Assembly (NCBI RefSeq): GCF_000143415.4
Contig: NW_003314375.1
Span: forward strand, 496,499 to 538,028
Direction of reading: 5' to 3'
DNA from: Selaginella moellendorffii
Lineage: Eukaryota > Plantae > Lycopodiophyta
DNA: 41,530 nucleotides
The number at the start of each line of letters is the position of its first letter. The stretch's first letter is position 1. The position numbers and the translations under genes are program-made. This document shows, one piece after another, positions 10,570 to 23,139 of the stretch. The notes beneath the pieces are model-generated. The model ran no database searches, was not told the origin of the DNA, and saw nothing but the letters and a program-made list of their open reading frames with translations.

Positions 10570-11059
10570 TATGTATATTTTTAAATGTAAAACCAGACAC
10601 ATAATAAAAGTTCTATTATTCTTTTGTAAACTATGAAAGTTAGAGGAATGATTACAGTTCAGATAAAAAAATTTAGCTCAGTATGCAATCAAACTTATAA
10701 TTTCTCCAAACTAACCTATTATTTTTTGGTATTCTATAATTCTTCAGTTTTATGAAAACTCAATTGCTTTTAAAGTATGGCAGCAATCTTGTTTATGTTT
10801 AGGGTTTGGTACCTTTCCATAAAGGCAATAAAAAATTCAAATTCAAATTTATTGATGATTAAAAATGATCTTATCTTCCCCAACACTTGTATTATTATCT
10901 AATGCATTATTATGCATTTTTCTGGAGATGAATAGTAGCAAAACTTGGATAAATTTAACCTTGTATACAATCAAAATTTCTTATATTGTAAAATTAGAAA
11001 AGAAGATTTATTTATTTTGGGTATGCTATATCTCTCAATGGAGCTGGGGTCTCTGCTAG
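10570..11059 (+). mobile_element. Helitron 3'-terminal segment
   Basis: Ends in a degenerate hairpin CTCAATGGAGCTGGGG + TCTCTGCTAG|T. 10570-10950 is repeated at ~16878-17240. Confidence 0.75.
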
Positions 11060-11284
11060 TAATCATACTCCCTTATTTAAACGTGCTATTGGCATATGGC
11101 ATCCGGCGTCTTTTATTCCATTTTTAGAATATTATTTCTGAATATACCTATAATCTAACGGTTCAAATTCAAAAACTTCAAATATATGGCATAGATCAAG
11201 TGCCAAAGGGGTGGCAACTCTTCAATTTTTTAATGACGATCCAAATCAAGAGAAAAAATTTAGGGCGATTGGGCAGATTGTGAG

Positions 11285-11346
11285 CTCTCTCTCTCTCTCT
11301 CTCTGTGTCTCTCTCTCTCTCTATGTCTGTGTGTGTGTGTGTGTGT
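11285..11346. repeat. (CT)n/(GT)n microsatellite
   Basis: Directly visible. Confidence 0.9.
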
Positions 11347-12023
11347 ATGTGCTGAAATTTTCTATTTGCTGCGTTTGATCGGACTGGCTGGGGAGTGACG
11401 AGCCAGCCGTGCAAAAAAAGTGGCCGTGACAAAGATGGTCTTCCCAATCCTTACAAGCACCAGTCTCAAGTGAGTGTTCTATTCATTGTCGTTTAAAAAA
11501 CAAAAGAAGAAAGTTTTTCCTGTTGTTCTTGCTTGTTTGATTTCTCTGATTAGAGCTGGCAGGTGGATTTGCTGCTGAGCTTTTGCCAGCAACTAAAATT
11601 CTCATTGGTCGTGCTCGTTGGTCATGACGACAGTGGATTGCTTGCTCTTATGGCAGCTGCCAACATCTTGACAACTCTAAGCTCAACGCAGGTAAGCTCC
11701 AAGCCACTATAGTTGGATCATCTCATGGATTTTCATTTCTGTGGTGAAGGTGGTGATCAAAGGTGTGGTTTAGATCGTGGTGAGCTCCTCCAGATATCGC
11801 CATTTGCTTGAGTTTTGGTCCACACTTCTTTGGGACGGCACATACTCCAGCCATTGCTGTGCCCAGAGATGGCAAATGGCCATGCCTGGCATGATGCTTC
11901 GAAGCCCACCTCCAAAGTGATGGAACTTTACAAGGTATGAGGAAAAATTCGAACTTGATCAAAAGAAATCCATGATTTTCCGTGTATACATAGGTATCTT
12001 TTCTATCTTGTTGTGATGTCTAG

Positions 12024-12855
12024 GCCATTTTCTTCTCACAAACTTGCTACTGGACAAAATGAAGGAGACCGCTAAGGAAAGTGTTTGTCAATCTCTCCTC
12101 TGTTGCGCATATCGCCTCTTACAGCGGTGGAATCCAGTTCTCACACCTTAATGACAAAACCTGGTACGCTCTCTTTTGTCGTGAGCTTACATTATTCCTT
12201 TTTTCTTCCAAAAGGTTCAATCTCTCCTCCGTCGCGCATATCGCCTCTTACAGCGGTGGAATCCAGTTCTCACACCTTAATGACAAAACCTGGTACGCCA
12301 AAGAACTCTCTTTTGTCGTGAGCTTACATTATTCCTTTCTTCTTCCAAAAGGTTCAATCTCTCCTCCGTCGCACATATCGCCTCTTACAGCGGTGGAATC
12401 CAGTTCTCACACCTTAATGACAAAACCTGGTACGCCAAACAACTCTCTTTTGTAGTGAGCTTACATTATTCCTTTTTTCTTCCAAAAGGTACTCCGACAC
12501 TAGAGCATACAGTCAATCCAAGCTTGCGAACTTTTTCCATGCCAAAGAACTGGCAATAAGATTCAAGGTATTCATCTAATGCTTTGAAATCTCTCCCACC
12601 TTTCTCTTTTGCCAATGTTTTCTCTTTCGCTGATTAGGCCGAAGGAGTTGACATCACAGCAAACGCTGTTCATCCAGGGTTTATAATGACACCTTTGATG
12701 GCAATGAGATTCAAGGTATTCGTCTAATGCTTTGAAATCTCTCCCACCTTTCTCTTTCATCATTGCTTTCTCTTTCACTGATTAGGCCGAAAGAGTTGAC
12801 ATCACAGCCAATGCTGTTCATCTAGGGTTTATAATGACACCTTTGATGCGGTACA
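12024..12855 (+). pseudogene. Short-chain dehydrogenase (TIC32/retinol-DH-like) gene fragment with internal tandem duplications
   Basis: Exons GHFLLTNLLLDKMKETAKES, VNLSSVAHIASYSGGIQFSHLNDKTW, YSDTRAYSQSKLAN (YxxxK catalytic motif) and AEGVDITANAVHPGFIMTPLM, with GT-AG introns. N- and C-termini are missing. Confidence 0.88.
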
Positions 12856-14213
12856 AGAACATTGAAGAGTAAATATGATAAAAGGTTGGCTTAATTTAGC
12901 AACTTATGAGAACTATCTAAGTTCGTTGCTTTGTTGTTCTAGGTAGAGATGGCTACGGCTAAGCGGACGATCAGGAGGACTCCACCACAGTACCTTTTTT
13001 TTAACAAACAAATCACAAATGTTCGGGTTCACTCAATTTAAGCAGCTGGAGGTGAAAACCACAAGCTCTCAACACTGCCATTAGGTGTTTGTTGACCTGA
13101 ATGTAGACCTGAAGCCCCGCCTGGGACAAGCTCTGTAATGAGTGGAAAGTAAGCTCAATACGTTATAGCAGCAGCTCTCATATACCAGCCAGCTGTAGCG
13201 CACATGCAGCCAATAGCAAGCACGCCAAACAACTCCACGAAAATGATCTCTTTGATCCAATCAGGTGACCACCAACAAGGGAAAGAGAAACTGCAAAACA
13301 AAGAAAAGGAGATAGGCAATAAAAACACACAGCAGACAGACACACCTTCATTCAGGTACTATATTTTCCCTTTCCCTTTTTCACTATGCTGTTGCAAACT
13401 TGAGATAACAAGAGCTCAGCTCAATCACTAAGAGCTTAGCTGATGGATGAAAGCTGACTCACCCTTGTTTTACCTGACAGGTACACTATAGTGCCGTTTT
13501 TGTTTTGTTGTGTGGATCAACTGCTAAGGCGTTCTTAAGGGGGCAGAGGATGATTATTCAGTGAGCGTGAGACAGATGAGCAAGAAAAACGCAAGCGCCT
13601 TCACAAGCATTGGATCCAAGAGCAGACACACCAGAAAAAGTATTCTCTGGCATTTACATTATCTGGAGATGAGGTCAGACACACACCTACAGCTTACCTC
13701 CTGCATTTGCAAAAGCCCCATTGAAAATGGCGACAAGAAATGTGTCAAATAGCACAAGAGAACTATACAGCTAACTTCCAAAACACTCATTCATTCATAT
13801 GTAGGCCTTTGATTTTCAGGTAAATCGGAAATAGATGTTTTGAAAAATGAGAGATGAAAACAAGAATAGAAAGAAAGAAAGAAACAAACAAACAAACCAA
13901 GTTTTGAAAAGCTGTGTCTTTAAAGCTTCCACTCCTTTTAAAGAAATACACACTCAAATATATCAAAACATTCTCCCAATTTTACAAAACACTTCAAAAA
14001 CTTAACTGCCACCTTTTGCAAACATTATATATGAAAAAAGATCCTTGTTACAACCACCAAATCCTGTGCCGTCTGCAAGGCAGTGCTTAGATCCCAGTAC
14101 ATTCGACAAGCTCCCAGCAGACTCTCTCACTCCTCTTGCCCAGCATCCCCTTGGAATCCTTCAGCTTCCCGGCCCTTGCAAACACATGCTGCTGAAGCAA
14201 TCTGCAGTGAGAT

Positions 14214-15196
14214 TCAAGCCATGGTTGCAGACTCCAAGTGTTCACGAAAGTTACCTCCTCCTATTTCAAGGCCATGGCATGGAAGAGCCATGGCAACGTT
14301 GCCTACATTGCACATGACTAAAACTTTGGTTTCAAGCATGTCGTCCATCACGTACTTGACACCCTCTCGTTGGATTCCAGAGTCTTTGATCCCACTGTAT
14401 GGCTGGCTATCAACGCGCATGCTTGGCGAATCATTGAGGCAAACTCCTCCAGCCTGTGAGGATCAAATAATCATCAAACAATCGATCAATACTTTCTATA
14501 TCTCAAACGCAAAGCTACCTCTATGTGCTCAAACGCATAGAAGGCCTTGTTTAGATCATGCATAAAGACGCTGGCCTGGAGACCATAATGCGTGTTGTTA
14601 GCTTCCTTCACGGCTTCCTTGAAATCACTGCGTCACCACCGTTTTAGTTTAGAGAAAAAAAAGGAAGTAAAGAAGAACTTCAGGGGCTAAGAAACTTTGA
14701 GAGCTTACTTGTATGAGTAGAGAAGGATCACTGGACTGAAAATCTCTTCCTTCTTTGCATCTGTGTCAAAGGGAGCGTCTTCCAGGATCATTGGCTCCAT
14801 GAAAGCTCCCCTTCGCTTACCACCAACTAAAAGTTTGGTGCCTGCCTTCACTGTCTCGTTCACGCTCTTCTCCACTGTAGCTGCCAATGACTTGGGCCAG
14901 ATTGACATGTCGTCTTGGCGAGGATCTCCACCTTTGAGTTTCTTAATGGCAGCAATCAATGTACACAACCAGCACCAAATACGTTAGATCAAAGCTCAAT
15001 TTGAGAACAAAGAATATGATAGAATTTAAAGATGAGTGTTGGATACCTCACCTTTCACGTAAAGACGCTGCATGTGAATGCATGACTGGCCGCTTTGATA
15101 GAATCCTTTGTGGACCAACTTAGCGATTGTACCTTCCAAGTCTGGAACAAGATCTTCCACCATGCATGGAGCATTGCCTCCCAGCTCCATAACCAC
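14214..15196 (-). pseudogene. ALDH21: C-terminal half of aldehyde dehydrogenase family 21 (ALDH21A1-like), 4 exons
   Basis: VVMELGGNAPCMVEDLVPDL...GFYQSGQSCIHMQRLYV; KKEEIFSPVILLYSY; DFKEAVKEANNTHYGLQ; MRVDSQPYSGIKDSGIQREGVKYVMDDMLETKVLVM. N-terminal half absent; conserved Gly residues substituted. Confidence 0.85.
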
Positions 15197-15595
15197 CTGT
15201 AGGAGGAATCAAAGAAGTTGAAGAAAGTGAAGCTCCATCCAAAGGAAGATATAATAAAATATCACAATTTTTTAGAGTCTTTATAAGAAAAAATTTCTAA
15301 ATCAATTTTAGTCTTCAACAATAGCATTTTCTACAACATCCATCTTACAACTGATATAAATCCCAGCTGAAAATATGTTTCCTTTTCAATAATTTTTATT
15401 AAAAATAGTTTTATATTTTATGTAGATAATGGTATTCTATAGTATTTAAAAAAGCCAAAAATTTCTTACAGTTAGAAGGAAGTAGTGGTTCTTGCAATAA
15501 AAAATATATTTTAATTATTCATATATATATATATAGTATTATATACCAAATGACAACGAGCCATTCTATATAGAACTAGCCCTAATCATCAGAAC

Positions 15596-15915
15596 TGCTC
15601 ACGAGAAACGAGAGTTGTTTGGTGTACCAGGCTTTGTCATTAAGGTGTGAGAACTGGATTCCACCGCTGTAAAAGGCAATATGCGCAATGAAGGAGAGAT
15701 TGACAAACACTGTCCTTGGTCTCCTTAATTTTGTCCATGAGCAAGTTTGTGAGAAGAAAATGGCCTAGACATCACAACAAGATAGAAAAGATACCTGAAT
15801 AGATGTATACTCAGAAAATCATGGAAATCTTCTGATCAAGTTTGAATTTTTCCTCATACCTTGTAAAGTTCCGTCACTTTGGAGGTGAGCTTGGAAGCAT
15901 CATGCCAGGCATGGC
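15596..15915 (-). repeat. Inverted copy of ~11877-12186 (unknown exon + SDR exon)
   Basis: The reverse complement aligns through GGCCATTTTCTTCTCACAAACTTGC and CCAGTTCTCACACCTTAATGACAAA. Confidence 0.9.
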
Positions 15916-16072
15916 GACTTGACTTTGTGGTGTTGTCTGAGTCTCCTTTTGGACAGGGCATGGGCATTTTTCCTTGAGTGGTTATGTTCATTGGTGGAAA
16001 TATTGCCTTCATTTCTTAAGGCGTTATTCCATAATTATTTTATCTTTTAAATATAGCATATTGCGAGAAGAT

Positions 16073-16172
16073 NNNNNNNNNNNNNNNNNNNNNNNNNNNN
16101 NNNNNNNNNNNNNNNNNNNNNNNNNNNNNNNNNNNNNNNNNNNNNNNNNNNNNNNNNNNNNNNNNNNNNNNN
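16073..16172. other. Assembly gap (N run)
   Basis: 100 N. Confidence 1.
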
Positions 16173-16173
16173 A

Positions 16174-16375
16174 AGCAGCCAGAATCATCAAGCAGCTGGT
16201 AAAGACCTTCAAATAGATTTATTTGAGAGGCGTGGTTCACCAGAATCTCAAGCTAGACAACATTCTTTCCAAGCTAAACATGTGCGACAAAGTGGTGATC
16301 AGCACCTTTAGGAGATATCACAACAGCAAAGTACATGGCAGCTGAGGTGGTGGAGAACAAGGATTGGAGCTCTAC
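16174..16375 (+). pseudogene. Degenerate Ser/Thr protein kinase fragment
   Basis: AARIIKQLVKTFK*IYLRGVVHQNLKLDNIL (HRDLKxxN-like) and TAKYMAAEVVENK (YMAPE-like), with a stop and a frameshift. Confidence 0.7.
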
Positions 16376-17953
16376 ATGGCAGCCTACTCTACTTTCTTAC
16401 AGACAAAGCCATGAACTGTTTTAAAAAAAGCCATTTCTGAAGGAATAAGACAGCATTAAATAAACTGTTGTGTATGTACGTGTTTATAGACACAACTTTG
16501 AAGCCATGAGCTTGGTTTGATTTGGTACATGATATTTGTACATTAACTCAGGGCATAGAAATGATTTCCATGTTTGATTTTATTTAGTGTTTCGCTCTCT
16601 GTCGTAAAGGTATTAGGTAAAAAGCAAAAAAGTCTATATGTCATTCCAGAAGAGTTTTCTACAATATTAATCTTAAAATTAATATAAATCATAGTTGTAA
16701 ATATTTCTTTGATAAATGTTTTAATAAATAGTTGGTATATTTGTGTTGTAAAAACATACTATATTTATATTACTCGAAACATTTATTAAATATTAATATA
16801 TTTTTCTTTATATATTAATATGATATCTAATTAGATAGTATTAATTTTTATATTCTCTGAAATATAAGTATCAACAATGTATATTTTTAAATGTAAAACC
16901 AGACACATAATAAAAATTCTAATATTCTTTAGTAAACTATGAAAGTTAGAGGCATCAGATAAAAACAGTTTACCTCAATATGCAATCAAAATTATAATTT
17001 CCAAAAACTAACCTATTTTTTTTTTTAGTATATATAATTCTTTGGTTTTGTGAAAAGTCAATTGCTTTTCAAGTATGGCAGAAATTTTGTAGATGTGTTT
17101 AGGTTTGTGTACCTTTTTATATAGGCAATAAAAGAATTTAAATTAAAATTTAATGATGATTAAAAAATAATCTTATCTTCCCCAACACTTGCATTATTAT
17201 CTAATTGCATTATTGTCCATTTATTTGGAGATTAATAGTAGTATAATTAAGATAAACTAAAAAAAATATGCCAAGAGAAAGCAATGAAAGAAATAGACTG
17301 AACAATTATAATTACAACTACATTTTTTCAAATTGAAAATATTCTCTACTACTCCCAGCGTAGCTGGGATCCTTGCTGACTAATTAGTTCTATAATGACT
17401 AGGTTGTTTATATAGAATGACTGTATATAAAGACAACAAGCCATTCTATACCAAAAATCCCTTTACCATGCCATCCCATTAACTGCTCTTACCTCTAGAA
17501 TGCCCAAATAATATACCAAATTGAGGAATATGATTAAGCCACCTCTTCATGGGTTAAATAATTCTTTTAAGCTTTGAGTCCAAGCTTGTATTATTCTATT
17601 CCAGTAAACCATTTAAGAAATAGTGTTTTGTTGCAATCACTAAGTAAAAACTAAATAAACCAAGTGCTTGTTACATATTGAACTTAAGTAAGTTTTAATA
17701 AATTTTTTATTTTAGAATTAACGTCTAACTATCCCAGCGGAGCTGGGTTCCCTGCTAGTATACTCATATATTTAAACGAAAGAGCCTGTATAATAATAGC
17801 ATATACTGGGGACACTTATTCTGGGCATATGCCAAAATCTAACGGCTGAGATTAAACAATGGAGAGCCGTGACTTTTGGGATCATAAAAAATTTCAATTG
17901 TCTTTTAGGGCGCGTGACCACGAGGAGAGAGCGTCAATCATCGCTTGCGAGAA

Positions 17954-17955
<2 letters not shown>

Positions 17956-18049
<94 letters not shown>

Positions 18050-18067
18050 CTCTGTGTGTGTGTGTGT
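17956..18067. repeat. Long (CT)n + (GT)n microsatellite
   Basis: Directly visible. Confidence 0.95.
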
Positions 18068-18778
18068 TTGTTTGATGGAACTATTTAGAAGGCTACAGTC
18101 AGCTGCACATGATGCCACCAGTTGGTTCATTCTCGAGTTCAAAAGCTCACGCACCAGAAAATGACAATCATTTAACCGACGCTGATGCCGAAGCGTTCTT
18201 CAACAGGAGAATTATCCAGTTCATGAAGAAACAAGTCGCACTTATGGAAAAGGTACTCAACGCAGAATATCATCTGGTAAAAGAGTCTCGACCCCCCTAT
18301 CGTCGTCCCTAAAAACCTCCTACCAAAAGCCGCAACCCACATTTGTTCCTTATCCAACACCTTTGAATGAGTTCCTTCGATTTAGACACTAGAAAAAACT
18401 CTAACGCGTTCGTTTTTGGACAACTCCGGAAGAAGTCCTGGGAACGGCACTGAATAACGATCCTAAGCGGCTGAAAGCTCCAGCCTATTACAACGAGGTT
18501 GTGTTTGTTTCTCCATTTGCAAAGGTTTGAGAGGCTCACGGCTTTCTCTGTGTTGCCATAGTTGTGCTCGATGATCAGCGAGAACAGGCTCGACGCCTTC
18601 CAGACTTATGCGGGGAACAAATCCACTAGCATCCGCCTGCGCAGGTGCATTCGGCAGATCGACGTGCTCTGCTCGGAAATGAGACGAGGATTGGGAGTGA
18701 AAGGCGAAGAGGCTATGGTGGATGGAGCTATGACAGGGATGACGTCTCGGACAATGAGGGGATTCACGTTGTCATCGA

Positions 18779-18970
18779 CGACTAGAATCAAGGTTCTTCA
18801 CTCTCTTGCTTGTCGCTATTCTTCTTTCAGGTCTCTCAAGTCCCTGTTTGTTCCAGGTTCTCGAGGCTGGAACCACGACTAGAATCAAGGTTTTTCACTC
18901 TCTTGCTCTTCGCTATTCTCTTTCGAGGCTTAAAGTTCCTGTTTGTTCCAGGTGCTCGAGGCTGGAACCA
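18779..18970. repeat. ~97-bp tandem duplication
   Basis: CGACTAGAATCAAGGTT...CTCGAGGCTGGAACCA occurs twice in tandem. Confidence 0.85.
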
Positions 18971-19341
18971 AGAGAAAAAATAGAAATTTTCGTCCACGGT
19001 TCGCTTCCTTGTTCTTCAGTTTTGCGTTTTTAAAGCATTGAGAGGGATTTCTATTTTGCAGCGCTATAAACCCTGTAGTCTCTACATGGATAGTCATACG
19101 CGACAGCCATACATGGTGCTCTTCAGTTTATGACAAGTTCTCTTGAGGAAGTGTTGGCAGTCAAGCGCAAAAAAACTGGCTTGGAGGACATGATGGAATA
19201 CTCTCCTATAACAGTTATGGCTGCTCATATCTGAGGGTTTCATGTCTAACTCTCTCTCGTGTCACTTTGCAGCATTAGGAATGAAACAAGGAGAGCGAGC
19301 TCCTTGATTCTTCACTGTCGATAAGTTTCTTTCTCTCAACG

Positions 19342-21010
19342 ACAGCAGTGGCTGGAGAGAGAGAGGAGATTTGGAGTCGGAATCACAGCAGTAGCAGCAG
19401 CAGCATCACCAGTGAGAAGATCTCAAGGCCATGATAATCCTCCACCAGTTTGGGATCAGTCACATGTACGTAGCAGCCAGGTGAGAAGGGCAGTGTGAGA
19501 GACAGGGACGAAGATCTCACAAGGGACAGGGATGAAGATCTTACAGGGTCCGTCATCACCCACGAGCAGCAGAGATTGATGAGGTCCTGGTTTGCTCTAT
19601 CACTTTGGAGCCATCTCTGAATGGCAAGTTGAGCTTCAACGTGGTGGCAGTGATCCAGAGCAGCAGCTCTAGAAGTGGTAATGATGACCATGCGTTTCTC
19701 TACAGGGACACGGTGCTGTACAAATCCAATTACTATTAGCATCACATGTCTGAGGACAAATTAAGTGAAGTGGTGCCAGATTCAATTGTATTTGTGTTGT
19801 AATACTACATTATATATAAGGTTTCTCCTACCCTTGACTGGCTACAAAAAATAGCAAATGTCTTTCCCTCTTTGCTCTAAGTGAGCACTCTGACCAACAC
19901 ACATAACAGTAACATATGTGTTGAGAAGGCCAAGTACAAGCCCACTGCTCAGTTCAAGCTCAAAGTCACCTTGCTTCTCTACATTTATATCAACAGCTCC
20001 TCTACATAATCAGGCTGTGTACTCCACATGAACCATGGAGCCTATAGTTGGCCTGTCGCAAGATGTCTCTTCTCCTCTGGTATTCCTGTTGAAGCACTAA
20101 ACAACAAGTTTACACCATATCACTCACTCACGGTCACTTTCGCAAAAGCTTACTTAAATTCCACGCTTGCGCAGACTCAGAATCATGTAAATATGAGCGC
20201 ACACTCCCAGTTATGCTCGCTGTCCCAATACAGAATTTTCCTCCTCTTTAGTGCTACTGATATCAGCACATGGAACTGCACACTCACTAAAGAGAATCCA
20301 TTCACTGCGAAGAGGAACCCACCAAAAAAAATCCCTCCCGTGCTGTTTAGAACTCTCATAGCAGGCCGGAAGATAGGGCTTCACGCATTCTTCCAGGGCT
20401 TGAGCATGACGGTAGCATTCTCTGTGGTAGTGCCATTGCTAGGGATTTCAATATAACATGTTCTTGGGACCTAGATCGAGAAGCTTTATGGAACCACTCC
20501 ACTGGAATCATCTCCACATGGTGGGGTAGCCTCGAGCAGATTGGTATGATGATCCCTATTTGTCTCTGTCTTTCCTGCACATGATGTGGTGGAGAACACA
20601 AGGACAACAACAACATTGGCTTCGCATAATGAGCCTCTGGGAAAGTCCTGCAAACAGTTCCATACGGTTCTCAACTATTTGCGGCGTATGGATCACAGAT
20701 GTGGTGACTCTTGTACTCAGTGTGCTGCCTAACTCTTCACTTATTTCCTCTGGGGATGATCAGAAAGTAATAACTTGAACAATGTTTTCTCTGCTTCTAA
20801 ATTTCCAGGCACTTCCACTCTTGTATGATCCTGATGATAATGAGAATGTGGATAATGTGGACTTATCACACGAGCACGTACTGTGGCAGACTTTCTCAAG
20901 AGAACTAAACTAATACAAGATGCAGATAGGTTCATCAAGAGACTGTCATTCACTTCTTAGTGACTGCTTAGTGCCTATAAAGTTCACGAGGACTTGGAGA
21001 GATGATCAAA
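19342..21010. repeat. 1.7-kb block duplicated (direct) at 37363-39279
   Basis: Colinear similarity from ACAGCAGTGGCTGGAGAGA to GGAGAGATGATCAAA, with indels. Confidence 0.95.
19840..21010 (-). pseudogene. HEN1-like (small-RNA methyltransferase) central fragment with PPIase/FKBP-like domain, copy 1
   Basis: Exon NTRGEETSCDRPTIGSMVHVEYTA*LCRGAVDINVEKQGDFELELSSGLVLGLLNTYVTVMCVGQSAHL matches the pattern and spacing of the plant HEN1 PPIase-like domain. Upstream frameshifted pieces (LMNLSASCIS; WKCLEI...SSYY...PRGNK) weakly fit the preceding HEN1 region. No MTase domain. Confidence 0.6.
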
Positions 21011-21619
21011 AGGTGGCGATGGATATGCTTAAGTGTGTGAAGCGTGAACATATGAGTTCTGTGCTTTGTAGGAGCTTCATTATTGCCGAGACTTGAATTC
21101 AAACTATCTCTTTATTTTCTATCTAAGTCACATGTATATGCACTGTTAGCACAACTATTATATAGAAACTGAATAAGAGTTTGATGGATGGCTCAAAAGA
21201 AGTTAGGTTGATTCAAAAAAGACCTCTCCAAATTTTTGAAGAGATGGAGAATGATAACTCCACAATGGTGAGATGTGATGGTAAGAATTAAGGACTAATG
21301 CTTAACATAAACATGAAGTTTACCTATGTATGTATTAAGTTTCTAAGCATAAAAAGTAGCAAGAGGAAGATGGATAAAGACAATAAATTCTACACAACCA
21401 ACCATGCAAACAAACCGTCAAGTAGGCAAGTAATAATAATAACAAGTAATAAGCAACAATCAAAAGTAAAAGCAAAATAAGTGTTAGATAAAATGCAAAA
21501 CATCATGGACGAGTTGACAAGAACTTGTCAAGTGAAATGCTGATGAAGCACAAGCAAATGTTCTCGAAAAATCACAAATCATATCACTGATTTTATTATT
21601 TCAATACTTATTTACCACA

Positions 21620-21785
21620 CTTATTTCTGTTGCTTGAGCAGTATCTAAAATATATAACTATGAATAAACCAATATTATGATAAAATTGTCCATGTATTTT
21701 AAAATAATAAGGGCCACCTACTGCAATCTCTTCAATGTTTGCACCTATTGATGCAAATGCTAATGCACTATTATAATTTCGTGTT
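21620..21785 (-). pseudogene. Helitron RepHel N-terminal relic
   Basis: TRNYNSALAFASIGANIEEIAVGGPYYFKIHGQFYHNIG...LYILDTAQATE fits the RepHel motif RxYNsxfaFxSxG...GPyxFxIxGqxyHxIG...lYixD. Confidence 0.88.
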
Positions 21786-23139
21786 AATACACATATAACT
21801 TTCTTGACTGCAGGTATTATATTAGAAAATAAATTTAAGTACTTATAAAAATGTATAAATACGAAGTATGAAAGTGTGGATGTACTCTGAACACTTCAAC
21901 ATCACAAATTATACAATCTGCTATTCTTTTCGTGAGTAACCTTTTTTACTTGAACTCTGAAACAAACAGTGAATCTAACTGAAAGAAATACAAGGTTGTT
22001 TCTTGTATTTTTTCTCTCAACGCATTATCATATTCTTCTCCTTCACATTTTTTTTCAATGGAAAGCAGACATTGTGATGACAAATATCTTTGGAAAATTG
22101 TTTCCAATGTGGAAGCTCTACATGCCGGACTGGCCATTTGAACTCTACATTGATATGTGGGCTAAGATATATCTTCTTTATCTAGCCAGGCATTAGGATA
22201 ATTCAGGCCAGGGTAGTGAGCTGATTAGCTTTTTTGAAGCTTGATAGTGATGAGGATCTGACAGAGATTCAAGATGCTGCCACAATATGCCAACTTGCCA
22301 CGGAGAAAAAAAGTGATGTATGCTCTTATCCAAGTTATTAGGGTGACACCATCCAGCCAGCACTATTGCAAGCTAGCATTAGACAATAAGAGTGAGTCAC
22401 ATCTATTTCTTGTTGATCATGTAGATGGAATAGAAAATCTATTTATATTCCACACTTTATGACAATGCATGCATGGGCTTCTGGTTACACAAATTATACT
22501 ATAAATTCTAAGTTAAGATATTAATAACTTATTCTATAATATTTTAATATCATAAAAATCATGATACTAAAATTTTTTTTTATATATACATTATAATATA
22601 GCATGTTATAATATAACAATAATATATTATAATGGCTGGGAAAAATTGCTTTATGCTTGAATGAAAGTGGGCTTTTATTCCATGCATAGACTCAATACAA
22701 TTTCTGCAAATGAGAAATATAAAAGAGTAACTCCTAATTATTTCTATTTTCTCATTTCTTATAAAAGGTATTAGACTTATTTTTATGCTCATAATATGAT
22801 TTAAACTTCTTAGCTTTAAACATTATTCAAAAAACTACTCTCTCTATCACTCATATAAAGTTTCACAACTATACCACAAACTATTTAAAACCTTCATTTA
22901 AAAATTATTTTAATATCTAAAGGAGTCACTAAAAATTGTGTTTAAAATAATTCAATATTCTTTTGGAATTTTTTTATATTTAGTTTAATCTATATTTTCC
23001 AGTGGAGCTGGAATCTCAGCATCATCATAATACTCATATATATTAACACTACATTATTAAAATTAAACATAATTTTGTAATACAAAGATTGCATATAGTA
23101 GACACAATAAAAATAATATTTTAACATTAAATTTAAATA

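Larger units (their letters stand above)
11063..17758 (+). mobile_element. Non-autonomous composite Helitron A with captured gene fragments
   Basis: 5' A|TCATACTCCCTTATTTAAACGTGCTATTGGC (shared with 25169 and 36518). 3' CCCAGCGGAGCTGGG-TTCCCTGCTAG|T at 17733-17758. An additional internal hairpin at 17353-17369. Pairing of the ends is inferred. Confidence 0.65.

Noticed and set aside
12088-12490. Regularly spaced repeats resembling a CRISPR array
   Set aside because: Whole units including the would-be spacers are duplicated, they encode SDR exon/intron sequence, and the context is eukaryotic.
13000-13760. Probable minus-strand exon fragments of a membrane protein
   Set aside because: Splice-like signals are present but no family is recognisable.
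17859-18164. ORFs with LSLSLS or ERERER runs (also 25296-25626)
   Set aside because: Translation of (CT)n microsatellites.
18080-18780. GC-richer exon-like cargo
   Set aside because: Short ORFs with stops and no recognisable domain.
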